A DNA stretch of 31,558 nucleotides from a virus. How positions within the stretch are numbered: position 1 is the stretch's first letter; every line of letters begins with the position of its first letter. The notes below the pieces were generated by a model that was given only the letters and a program-made list of their open reading frames with translations, ran no database searches and had not been told where the DNA came from. The position numbers were made by a program, and so were the translations under genes. Of the stretch, positions 15,129-23,998 are shown one piece after another. The DNA lies in the IMG/VR virus record IMGVR_UViG_3300045988_122024, positions 1 to 31,558 of that record. One strand, given 5' to 3'.

Positions 15129-17596
15129 TAAAGGTTTTAATAAACAACGTAGAACAACAGGCGGAGCAGGGCTTCACCGTTACACAGGCGGCCGACGGCA
15201 TAACTTTGGCCACGGCGACCGTTGTCGTTTACTCAAACAGCGGAGCGGCGATAAAGCCGTTTACAAAAGTAAGAATAGCGTTTATTCAACTCGGGGTGAA
15301 CTACCTCGATTTTTGCGTTGGAGCGGATAACGTAACACCAGCGGATAAACAAGGATTATGGAAACATACGCTTGTTTTAGTGGAGCAGACAAAGATTTTG
15401 GAAAAGTTTGTTTTACAAGCCGCAATTCTGACGAACACGAAAGACACAATGCAACAGCAAGTCAACAAGCTATTGCAGAACGTCGAAATGGCTGTTTTCG
15501 GCGAAACAAAAGCCGTCGAGTTTTCCGTCGCCACGGCCACAGCGGAAGTTTTGGCAAAGTACGAAGCGGAAGAAGTCAAAATGTCGGGAACGCTCCGAGA
15601 GGTTTTGGACGCTATTTTTTCTGCATTCGATAGCAGGGCAAAGGCAACAATCACAGAGTGGGGCGACACGCTTAAAATCGAAATCGGCCATTTTTCTTTG
15701 ACGGAATATTCCGATATCGAAACAATCGAACCGATAACGATTGCACGGAGCAATAACGTTGACGACTTTTGCGGAAGTATTTATTCCGACGTGAAAAACG
15801 CAGTCGGAGCGCGAGAGGTTACAGAAGTCAACACCTTAAAGGCAAGGACGGCCTCGGCCTCGACAAACGACGCAGAGTTTCTTTTTGCGTTCCCTGTTGA
15901 GTACATAACAAAGGCCGCCTTTACCTTGTCAAAAAACGTTGCGTTCGGAAAGTATATTGCGCAATCTTGGGTTCCGTCGCTCGTTATAGAAAATATGTCG
16001 GACTTCCAAATCGACTTCACGGAATGGTTCGTTGACAGCGAATACTATCAAACTTTAACCGAAACGGAAAAGAACAACTATATGGCGTACACAAGGGGAC
16101 AAACGGAGCAGTCCGTTGTTTCAACCTATAAGTTTTTCCTTTTCACTATGACGAACTACGAAAACGTTTTGAAACAGGCGTTGAAAGCGTGGGCGAAAGT
16201 GAAATATCCGACGACCGACATTGACAGCCTTGACGTTCGGTATTCGAACACGACTGCACTTTGGAGCGAGAGCTATTCCGACCTATACGGCATACTCTGG
16301 ACGATTACTTACGTTCCGACGATTGACACGACCGTCGAGCTTTTGAAACCCGAAGCAACGGCGGCAGAAAAACGCTTGCAAATCATTTCGAACCAACAAA
16401 CCGCAACGCCTGACCTTTACAGATACGGAAACAATCTCTCGGGTAAACTTTTAAGGACGGGAAACACGGAGCTTGTTTATGACGACACTGTTCCGAACTT
16501 TGCAGGGATGTGGCCGCTTTTGGGAAGAATAAACGGCTTTATCGTTTGGAAGCGTGAGTTTTCAGCGTTCGACGATTATATAGACGTTCGCTATTACCTG
16601 ACCGAAAACTACAACAACATCAATCAAAAAATCGGAATAAACAGGGAAATAAGACTTTTCACGATTCCACAGACTGGGCTTGAAACGATTTTGACAATGC
16701 GAGCAACGGTTGGAATCGGCACGGCTCTGGAATGGGAAGCGAAGAAAAAGGCCTCGCCTATCGTTAGTCATTATGCGTTGACGAAACTTATAAGAGGGTT
16801 GTTCGGGGAAGATGTTTCGGACGCGAAAGTCGGCTATGCTTCGATTGACACTTACGGCACAGACCTTGCAAAAAACTTTTTACTCCCGACGGCGAACTAC
16901 GGAGCAGGACAAACGAGCGTGTTTCAGTCGAAATTCTACGACAATTACACGGCAGGGTTTTCGGTCACGGAGAATAAAAAAATCTTTGACTGGATAGGCG
17001 GCAAAAAGGTTGCTTATTGTCCATACGTTGACGACAACGGCGAGTTTACAAGAATCGGAATTCGGCTCGGCACGGCGATTGACTTTTCAACAATGACGGT
17101 TGAGGGGAAAACCGAAGTTATTAAAAAGCTCCCTGCGGCCTCTTCTGCGACTGGATTTGTCAAAAACATTACAACGAGGCGTGCGCTTTACTACAACAAA
17201 GACAGGGAACAGGCCATAACGGCAAAGTATTGTTTAGACTTTGAAAGCACGAATAACGCTCATATCATAGGCACAGGCTTTGCGGCAAACAACGCTCTTG
17301 TCGGAACAGAACCGGCGAGGCTCACGGCGTGGATTTCCAAAACGAAATATTCCCGAATGGATATAACGAGGGTAAAAGGCACAAACTATTTCAATGCGAC
17401 AGAACTGGCGGTTTCGGATATTTTCGAATACGAATTTAACGAAACGGCAAAGAGGGTTGTTTTGAAAGTCAAAGTCAACGACCTGACAAACTCCATAATT
17501 GCGGCAGGATATATGGCTTTCGCAATCGGCGACGGAGAGGAAAACTTATTCGTCGCAATCAATAACCGTTCCGAAAATATGTATGTTTGGGGTTGA
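15125..17596 (+). CDS. Large tail/baseplate structural protein (823 aa)
   Basis: ATGA overlap. Largest ORF, upstream of the fibre genes. No recognisable enzymatic motif. Confidence 0.7.
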   Translation: MIKVLINNVEQQAEQGFTVTQAADGITLATATVVVYSNSGAAIKPFTKVRIAFIQLGVNYLDFCVGADNVTPADKQGLWKHTLVLVEQTKILEKFVLQAAILTNTKDTMQQQVNKLLQNVEMAVFGETKAVEFSVATATAEVLAKYEAEEVKMSGTLREVLDAIFSAFDSRAKATITEWGDTLKIEIGHFSLTEYSDIETIEPITIARSNNVDDFCGSIYSDVKNAVGAREVTEVNTLKARTASASTNDAEFLFAFPVEYITKAAFTLSKNVAFGKYIAQSWVPSLVIENMSDFQIDFTEWFVDSEYYQTLTETEKNNYMAYTRGQTEQSVVSTYKFFLFTMTNYENVLKQALKAWAKVKYPTTDIDSLDVRYSNTTALWSESYSDLYGILWTITYVPTIDTTVELLKPEATAAEKRLQIISNQQTATPDLYRYGNNLSGKLLRTGNTELVYDDTVPNFAGMWPLLGRINGFIVWKREFSAFDDYIDVRYYLTENYNNINQKIGINREIRLFTIPQTGLETILTMRATVGIGTALEWEAKKKASPIVSHYALTKLIRGLFGEDVSDAKVGYASIDTYGTDLAKNFLLPTANYGAGQTSVFQSKFYDNYTAGFSVTENKKIFDWIGGKKVAYCPYVDDNGEFTRIGIRLGTAIDFSTMTVEGKTEVIKKLPAASSATGFVKNITTRRALYYNKDREQAITAKYCLDFESTNNAHIIGTGFAANNALVGTEPARLTAWISKTKYSRMDITRVKGTNYFNATELAVSDIFEYEFNETAKRVVLKVKVNDLTNSIIAAGYMAFAIGDGEENLFVAINNRSENMYVWG

Positions 17597-17621
17597 CAAA
17601 CGGTTTTTCGGGTGTTACAAT
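17593..17621 (+). promoter_or_regulatory. Candidate internal promoter TTGACA-17-TACAAT upstream of the fibre/DGR cluster
   Basis: -35 at 17593-17598 overlaps the stop of the 823-aa gene. -10 at 17616-17621. The 14-mer gggttgacaaacgg is shared with 6645..6658. Confidence 0.55.
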
Positions 17622-17638
17622 AAAAACGAGGTAAACTT

Positions 17639-19078
17639 ATGAAAATTTATATCTATAAAAGCAACGGCAATATTTACAAGGTAGAAGATAACCGCTTTGT
17701 CCAAAACGGAAGCGGCGAACTTGCCGTCAATCAAATCAAATTCAGTTTTGTGGACGACACAGGAGCCGTCATTGCGTGGCCAGAGGTAAAGTGGGTGAAG
17801 CTCGCCTGCAAAAGGCAGGACGGCCTTACTATCCGACCGCTCAACATCGGTTACAACTCCACCGAGAAAGCGTGGATTTACACAATCACCGATACGAGCG
17901 GCATTTTGGGATTGCAGGGTTCTTTGGAAATCTCGGCTTTATTCGTTGCGGCTGACTTGGTCACTTCTGACACGGGGACGGTTTGGAAGAACGAAAGAGT
18001 GCTTGCTTCGGTTGCGGTTTTGGGAAAGGTTCTGCGAAACGTAAACTATGACGGCGAAACGTGGTCGGATGATATACAAAGGCTCGAAGAGGGAATAGAC
18101 GGCCTACAAGGTCAAATCGTACAAACGAACGCCGAACTCGACAAGGCAAACAAAAAGATAGCTGACAACACCGTCGGCCTTTCACAGGCGCAAACCGACA
18201 TTGACGCTTTAGAAAACCGAACCGACACGCTCGAACAAGACGTTGCGGACTTGAAACGCGATATAACAGGCGTTTATCAATTCAAAGGCTCTGTTGACAC
18301 TTACGCAGACCTTTTGACGAAATCGGACACGGCAGAAATCGGCGACGTTTGGGAAGTTATCCATCCCGACGGAATCAACTATGCGTGGGTTGGAAAAAGC
18401 TTAACACATCCAGACGGTTGGGACAGTTTAGGTCAGGTTTTCAAACTTTCCCCTGCGACTTACTCTTCTCTCGGCGGCGTTATTCCAGACGGCAACACTA
18501 TGGAAGTCAACGAAAAGGGCGTTATCAAACCGAGGGCGGCGACAAACTATAAGGCAGGCATAATTCTTCCCGACGGCGTTTCGACGAAGATAAAAGACGG
18601 AAAGCTCGTGGCCGTTCCGAGCGGTGCGGCGGTGGCTTATACCGACGAACAAATCGACCTTATCTTAAAATCTATCGACTACAACTTTGACGGAACGCTT
18701 CCGAACATCAATCAGCTTGTCGAGCCTGTTTATTTACCTCTGACGACCGACGCGGCAAATCCGCAAACGAAAGAGCTTAACTATGCGATAGGCATAAAAG
18801 ACACAAAGAGCTATCTTGTGAAATGGCTCTACAACGGAGCGGAACAAGAATTGACCGCGATTGCGGCCTTTACTCCGACGGCAGAGGGGGTAGCAATTCC
18901 GACGCTTGTCGTGGAAACTGGAAGCGTGGGCGAATCGTTCGTTATCTATGACGGAGCGGTTGGAGCTTATGTTGACGGCGTGTTTACGTTCACGGCCGTT
19001 GGAGATATGGCTATAATTATCAACGAGGGCAAGGCGTTTGACCTTGTCGAAATCAAAGAAGTGGAGGCGACTGAATAA
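17639..19078 (+). CDS. Tail fibre protein with central coiled coil
   Basis: 479 aa. Coiled-coil stretch (LEEGIDGLQGQIVQTNAELDKANKKIADNTVGLSQAQTDIDALENRTDTLEQDVADLKRD), then YQFKGSVDTYADL...GDVWEV...YAWVG, a pattern common in Gram-positive phage fibres. Confidence 0.7.
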   Translation: MKIYIYKSNGNIYKVEDNRFVQNGSGELAVNQIKFSFVDDTGAVIAWPEVKWVKLACKRQDGLTIRPLNIGYNSTEKAWIYTITDTSGILGLQGSLEISALFVAADLVTSDTGTVWKNERVLASVAVLGKVLRNVNYDGETWSDDIQRLEEGIDGLQGQIVQTNAELDKANKKIADNTVGLSQAQTDIDALENRTDTLEQDVADLKRDITGVYQFKGSVDTYADLLTKSDTAEIGDVWEVIHPDGINYAWVGKSLTHPDGWDSLGQVFKLSPATYSSLGGVIPDGNTMEVNEKGVIKPRAATNYKAGIILPDGVSTKIKDGKLVAVPSGAAVAYTDEQIDLILKSIDYNFDGTLPNINQLVEPVYLPLTTDAANPQTKELNYAIGIKDTKSYLVKWLYNGAEQELTAIAAFTPTAEGVAIPTLVVETGSVGESFVIYDGAVGAYVDGVFTFTAVGDMAIIINEGKAFDLVEIKEVEATE

Positions 19079-20325
19079 TGGCTACTTGGGAACAAGTCGA
19101 CAAAAGGATAAGAAAGATAAAAACGGCGATTGGCGAGGGCGGCGGAGCGACTTTTTTAACGGCCGCAAACGAAGTGTTTAAGGGGATTGTTCCACCGAAA
19201 CCAGGAGGCAAGTATGTTTTCAGCTACACGATTGACAGCACGAAGTCAAGTCCGACGGAAGCGGTAACCTATACAGGCGATTGTGCAGGCTTTACTCCTG
19301 CGACAATGGGCGACAGTTTCAACTGGGGTTCGTGGGCAGACAAGTGGCCGTTCAACGAGATTAAGCCTTGTTTGGTAAAAAACAGAGCGGTTGTCGGTTA
19401 TCTCAATCCGAACAACTATTTAGAGTTTGAGGACGGCACTCCTGCGGACATCGTAAGCGGCGACGCTGGCGATTGTATGGTAGAGTTTCCGAAAATGTAT
19501 TTAGGAATGTCCACCGACGCGCAAGGCTTAACCACTGTTACGATTACAAACGACGCAACGGTTGAGGGCGTTTACGACGACGCTTTTGTCTATAAAGGCA
19601 AGTCTTATTCGAAGTTCTATGTCGGAGCGTTCAAAGGTTATGTTCTCAACGGCAAATTGCGGTCTTTAAGCGGAAAATCACCGTCGGTTTCAAACACAAT
19701 CGGAACGTTCAGAACCTATGCGCAGGCGAACGGCGAGGGCTACGAACAAACTCAGTGGTATCAGCTTATGTTGAGGCAAGCCCTTTACATATTGCTGTTC
19801 AAGAACCTCAACTCGCAATCGGCTTTGGGTGCAGGCGTTACGAACAGCAGCTCAAAGAAGAACACAGGCGGAGCGAACTCAAACGGCGTAAACTACGGCT
19901 CGACCTCTGCTTCTGTTCAGGTCAAGTGTTTGGGCATAGAAGACTTTTGGGGTAACATTTACGAATGGGTTGACGGCATAGCCACAAAGAACTACACGGC
20001 ATACACGGCGAACGGAAACTATAACGACAACTGCGACGGTTACACGGCCGCAAAAACGATTGAGAGCTCATTATCGGGCTATATGTCGAAAGCACAAGGC
20101 TCTCGCAGACTGGGCTTTGCTCCGCTTCAAACATCAGGTTCACAGAGCACATATTATTGCGACTATGCTTACCTTAACGTAGGTAGCTCGGTCTATGTCG
20201 CTGATTTCGGGGGCTATTGGAGTAGTGGCGCGAGGGCTGGCGCGTTTCGTTTGAGTGTGGATTATTCGGCCTCGTCTTCGGGTGGTACTATCGGGGCGCG
20301 TTTATCTTGCGTTTCTCAATCTTAA
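19078..20325 (+). CDS. DGR target protein: tail fibre/receptor-binding protein with C-type-lectin (FGE-sulfatase-like) C-terminal domain
   Basis: 415 aa. Contains GIEDFWGNIYEWVDG (cf. the GNVWEW hallmark). C-terminus GGYWSSGARAGAFRLSVDYSASSSGGTIGARLSCV matches the CLec-type VR scaffold. The VR lies in the last ~42 codons. Confidence 0.85.
   Translation: MATWEQVDKRIRKIKTAIGEGGGATFLTAANEVFKGIVPPKPGGKYVFSYTIDSTKSSPTEAVTYTGDCAGFTPATMGDSFNWGSWADKWPFNEIKPCLVKNRAVVGYLNPNNYLEFEDGTPADIVSGDAGDCMVEFPKMYLGMSTDAQGLTTVTITNDATVEGVYDDAFVYKGKSYSKFYVGAFKGYVLNGKLRSLSGKSPSVSNTIGTFRTYAQANGEGYEQTQWYQLMLRQALYILLFKNLNSQSALGAGVTNSSSKKNTGGANSNGVNYGSTSASVQVKCLGIEDFWGNIYEWVDGIATKNYTAYTANGNYNDNCDGYTAAKTIESSLSGYMSKAQGSRRLGFAPLQTSGSQSTYYCDYAYLNVGSSVYVADFGGYWSSGARAGAFRLSVDYSASSSGGTIGARLSCVSQS
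20192..20315 (+). repeat. DGR variable repeat (VR)
   Basis: Aligns to 20393..20515 at a constant offset of 201 nt. Differences are almost exclusively where TR has A. The 5' limit is uncertain (20192-20198). Confidence 0.88.
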
Positions 20326-20392
20326 CTATTAAAACTATTAAGAATTATATAAATCTGCAGAAATATAATTAGGGTTGTCGTTCCGTTTTTAT

Positions 20393-20515
20393 AAAAAGTC
20401 GCTTATTTCGGAGACAATTGGAATAATGACACGAATGCTGACACGTTTCAATTGAATGTGAATAATTCGACCTCGAATTCGAATAATAATATCGGGACAC
20501 GTTTAACTTTGTTTC
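20393..20515 (+). repeat. DGR template repeat (TR), non-coding
   Basis: Intergenic. Read in the VR frame it gives VAYFGDNWNNDTNADTFQLNVNNSTSNSNNNIGTRL, rich in AAY codons. The 5' limit is uncertain (20393-20399). Confidence 0.88.
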
Positions 20516-20618
20516 AAAAGTACAAGATTTGGAACGGCAGTCCTTGCCTCTTGGCAAAACATAAAAATTCCTAACGCCGTGTTAGTAAGTGATTGAAAGT
20601 GCGGCAGGAGAAACAAAG

Positions 20619-21647
20619 ATGAAAAGATACGGAAATTTGTGGACAAAAGTCGTTGACATCGACAATATACTTTTAGCGATAAACAACGCTCAACGGGGCA
20701 AAATTGCGAAGTATAAAAGGGTGAAGAACTGGCGAAAGGTTCGGGAAATCGAAAGGGTTTTAGCGAACAAAGAGTTTTACGCCTTAAAGATACAACGGCT
20801 GTTGAAAACGAAGAAGTATCGGACATCACGCTATTTTGAGTTTACAATCAACGATAACGGAAAAGAGCGGACAATATGCGACTTGCCGTTTTATCCAGAC
20901 AGGATAGTCCACTGGGCGTTGATACAAGTTTTAGAGCCGTGTTTTATGAAGCAGTTTATCAGTCAGACCTATGCGGCTTTACCTGACAGGGGAACGCATA
21001 AGGCGTTGAAAAAGCTCCGTGAGTATCTGTCCGAAAAACCGAAGTATTGTGCGAAGTTAGACGTAAGAAAGTTTTTTCCGAGCATAGACAAAGAGGTTCT
21101 GAAAAGGCTATTGCGGAAGAAGTTTAAGGACGAGGGCGTGCTATGGCTTTTGGACGAGGTTATCGACAGCTATCCGAAAGGGCTTCCGATTGGGAACTAT
21201 ACAAGTCAGTTTTTGGGGAACTTCTACCTCAACGAATTTGACCACTGGATAAAGGAAGAAAAGGGCGTGCAGTTTTACTTGCGATATATGGACGACATCA
21301 TTATTCTGTCGGACGATAAAGGGGAGCTACACGGCCTTATAGAGGAAATCGACGGTTATCTCAAAACAAACTTAAAACTCGAAATAAAGGCGAATGTGCA
21401 GGTTTTTCCGATAGCGGCGAGGGGTGTTGACTTCGTGGGATATAGAAGCTTTGAAAAGTTTACTCTTCTTCGTCGCAGAACAAAAGAAAAGTTAAAAAAG
21501 GTAACAAAAAGGGCATTGAGAGGAAAGGTCAAAAACCTTGAAAACGTGCTCGGCTCATATAACGGCATTTTGAAATGGGGCGATTGTTTCAGATTAAGAG
21601 CCGCAACTATTGAAAAAATTAAAGGAGGCTTAAATGGCTTACGATGA
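20619..21647 (+). CDS. DGR-type reverse transcriptase
   Basis: RBS gcaggaga, ATG at 20619 (the ORF track starts at GTG 20589). Motifs LPIGNYTSQFLGNFYLNEFD (the DGR-specific IGxxxSQ) and YLRYMDDIIILS (YMDD). Confidence 0.9.
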   Translation: MKRYGNLWTKVVDIDNILLAINNAQRGKIAKYKRVKNWRKVREIERVLANKEFYALKIQRLLKTKKYRTSRYFEFTINDNGKERTICDLPFYPDRIVHWALIQVLEPCFMKQFISQTYAALPDRGTHKALKKLREYLSEKPKYCAKLDVRKFFPSIDKEVLKRLLRKKFKDEGVLWLLDEVIDSYPKGLPIGNYTSQFLGNFYLNEFDHWIKEEKGVQFYLRYMDDIIILSDDKGELHGLIEEIDGYLKTNLKLEIKANVQVFPIAARGVDFVGYRSFEKFTLLRRRTKEKLKKVTKRALRGKVKNLENVLGSYNGILKWGDCFRLRAATIEKIKGGLNGLR

Positions 21648-23736
21648 TTTCAAAGAGGGTTGTTCGGTCATAAAGGACTACGCTGACAACCTAAACAAGG
21701 AAACAACTGGGAAAATCCCTACAAAGGTTTCCGAACTAACAAACGATAAAAACTATGCGACGGAGAGCTATGTCAATACGGCGATTGAGAATATTGCACA
21801 GCCTTCCTCTCTCCCTCAAACCTACAAGAAAAAGGCGGTAACACTGGCGACGAGTGGGTGGGGTAATATGACTACTATTGACTGGAATAACGGAAAAGAA
21901 AGGACAGAAACGAGCGGCACTGAAAGCACGTGGAAAATTCCGTTTTCTTTTTCTCCTCAAGATGTTGTTAAATTAAAATTAACCAACGGCGATTATGCAT
22001 CGTATACATTGACAGGCAGTGGGGGTGGCGTAATTTCCGGATTTATAAAAGCCGAAAATGCAAGCGGCACTGAAAGCACGTGGAATACTTTTACAATAAA
22101 CTGGAACGTAAATCCAGGATATGCTTCCGCTTGGCTTGAAATTAAAGGCCTCGCTATTCCTGTTGTTAAAATTTTTACCGAAATAATAATACAACGGGTA
22201 GACGCCACTATTTATCAATACACCGACGCCGACGTCAAAGTCAACAGCGAGGTTCGTTTCACTTTGGACGAGGCAAACGGCAAACTTGCAGGACAGTTCG
22301 GCCTTAAAAAGACTATCGACAAAGAGGCGGGCAAACTCACGTTTACGGCTGATACGCTTCCTACAAGCGCAATCACCGCCACTTTGGAAATCGGGGAAAC
22401 TTCGACAGAGGGCGCGGCGTTCGTTGAGGGGATAACCTCGGATATCACAGGCTTTGTTAAGGCTACGGAAGAGAACACTTTTACTAAAACGCAGACCTTT
22501 AACGGAACTGAAAGTCAGGCAGGGATAAAAACTAACGCAATAGATAACGAAAACGGAAACAGGGTTGTCTATTTCAACGGTGAAAAACAGATGTTCGGTT
22601 CGGGTGCTATTCCTGCACAAGTCAGGTCGAGCGCACAAAGGCTATATTTTGAAAGGCCTGTCAGCGGCGGAACGGGAACGGAAATCGTCGAGATTGCGAA
22701 CTTGTCAGATGTTGGAACTGGTGGCGGAGTAAAAGGGAAACGGTTTATTTTTACAGAAAATAACATCGTCAAACTTGGAAACGATGTGAACTTTTCAATG
22801 ACTACGTCGCAAAACTATGCCGTAGGTTCTACAAGTTCTCGCACGGCAGTTGCGGCAGACAACAGAGGAATGTTGCAGTTTGAAGTCGGCAAATCCTATA
22901 AACTTCAATACGGAGCCTCAGTGGAAGCACCAACGGCAGTTTATGCAGTGGCTTCTTCTATGACCTTGTCGGACGGCACAACCGTTGCAAAAGCAGAATT
23001 TGCCGTAAACGGAAAAACACTTGTTGTTGTTGATAGAGCAACGGCAACGGCGAATATAACTTCCGAAGCTTCGTTGACATATAGCCTGAACGGAGCAGTT
23101 GCGTATTTTTCCGATTTTTCAACCGTCGCAGAATACCTGCCGATTCATGTGTTTACGATTCCGAAAGAATATTATGTGCGAATTCCGTTTGACGAAACGA
23201 TTTTAAGCACGGATATTGTTGCCATTTTCACGGACAAAATTGCTCCAACAAGTGTTAAACATACGACCTCTTATATAGAACTGAACTATGGCGTTTCTTC
23301 TTCAGTTTACTATTTAAGCGATTCGGCAGGCGACCTCATACACGACAATGCAAAATTCTTAATAGGAACAGATTATTATCTGGCTGTCGTGGGAAGTTCA
23401 ACAACAGGAGGGGCTTATGTTGTTTCTGCCAAACAAGAAAACATATCCGAACACAGCACGACAGTTTTGGTTAGTGAGTGGGTGCCTGAAACGGACGGAA
23501 CATTCAAATGGACTGACAGCGGTTCGGCAAGCAGCAGCCTTATCGAATATGGGGTTGTTTGGAACAGCGAAGTCAAATTGTCGTTTGCTACGGAAACAGA
23601 CAAAGAAACGTTCGAAGCGGCAGGGTGTAAAATCGTAAGCGGAAAAACCTTTGCAACGCCATTATCAATAACGTGCACGACCAAACCGACAAAACCTATC
23701 TTTTTCACCTATACGGTCAGAAACAACGCAAGATAA
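21634..23736 (+). CDS. Tail fibre protein (700 aa)
   Basis: RBS aaaggaggc. N-terminal KVSELTNDKNYATESYVNTAIENI is a widespread phage-fibre N-terminal motif. Overlaps the RT stop by 14 nt. Confidence 0.7.
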   Translation: MAYDDFKEGCSVIKDYADNLNKETTGKIPTKVSELTNDKNYATESYVNTAIENIAQPSSLPQTYKKKAVTLATSGWGNMTTIDWNNGKERTETSGTESTWKIPFSFSPQDVVKLKLTNGDYASYTLTGSGGGVISGFIKAENASGTESTWNTFTINWNVNPGYASAWLEIKGLAIPVVKIFTEIIIQRVDATIYQYTDADVKVNSEVRFTLDEANGKLAGQFGLKKTIDKEAGKLTFTADTLPTSAITATLEIGETSTEGAAFVEGITSDITGFVKATEENTFTKTQTFNGTESQAGIKTNAIDNENGNRVVYFNGEKQMFGSGAIPAQVRSSAQRLYFERPVSGGTGTEIVEIANLSDVGTGGGVKGKRFIFTENNIVKLGNDVNFSMTTSQNYAVGSTSSRTAVAADNRGMLQFEVGKSYKLQYGASVEAPTAVYAVASSMTLSDGTTVAKAEFAVNGKTLVVVDRATATANITSEASLTYSLNGAVAYFSDFSTVAEYLPIHVFTIPKEYYVRIPFDETILSTDIVAIFTDKIAPTSVKHTTSYIELNYGVSSSVYYLSDSAGDLIHDNAKFLIGTDYYLAVVGSSTTGGAYVVSAKQENISEHSTTVLVSEWVPETDGTFKWTDSGSASSSLIEYGVVWNSEVKLSFATETDKETFEAAGCKIVSGKTFATPLSITCTTKPTKPIFFTYTVRNNAR
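21913..21935. repeat. 23-nt perfect direct repeat, copy 1 (agcggcactgaaagcacgtggaa)
   Basis: Identical to 22063..22085, 150 nt apart. Encodes SGTESTW in both copies. Confidence 0.9.
22063..22085. repeat. 23-nt perfect direct repeat, copy 2
   Basis: Identical to 21913..21935. Confidence 0.9.
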
Positions 23737-23746
23737 GGAGCGACTT

Positions 23747-23998
23747 ATGGAAAAAAACATTGTTTATAACATTATCAACCTAAATGAGCCTATTCCTAAC
23801 CACGTTATCGTGGTTGGGAAAGGGCAAAGATACGAGTGCGTTCCTCTCGAAATGGTTATATTCAGAGGGCAACGGTTCTGCGACTATATCGACGGACTTG
23901 AAAGGTCGATAAGGGCAGAATTTGAGAGCAAACTTCAAGAACTGGAAAACCGCATTGAAAAGTGCGAAAAAAGACAAGACGGAAACGAGGTGTTATGA
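23747..23998 (+). CDS. Hypothetical protein (83 aa)
   Basis: RBS taaggagc. C-terminal helical segment. Confidence 0.65.
   Translation: MEKNIVYNIINLNEPIPNHVIVVGKGQRYECVPLEMVIFRGQRFCDYIDGLERSIRAEFESKLQELENRIEKCEKRQDGNEVL

Larger units (their letters stand above)
19078..21647 (+). mobile_element. Diversity-generating retroelement cassette: target gene with VR, then TR, then RT
   Basis: See the component features. TR/VR differences are almost all at TR adenines, and the RT has DGR-clade motifs. Confidence 0.88.

Noticed and set aside
20369-20557. 62-aa minus-strand ORF covering the DGR template repeat; considered as a possible Avd
   Set aside because: It is on the wrong strand relative to the cassette. 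It is Cys/Ser/Arg/Tyr-rich rather than helical. It exists only because the A-rich TR is T-rich on the opposite strand.
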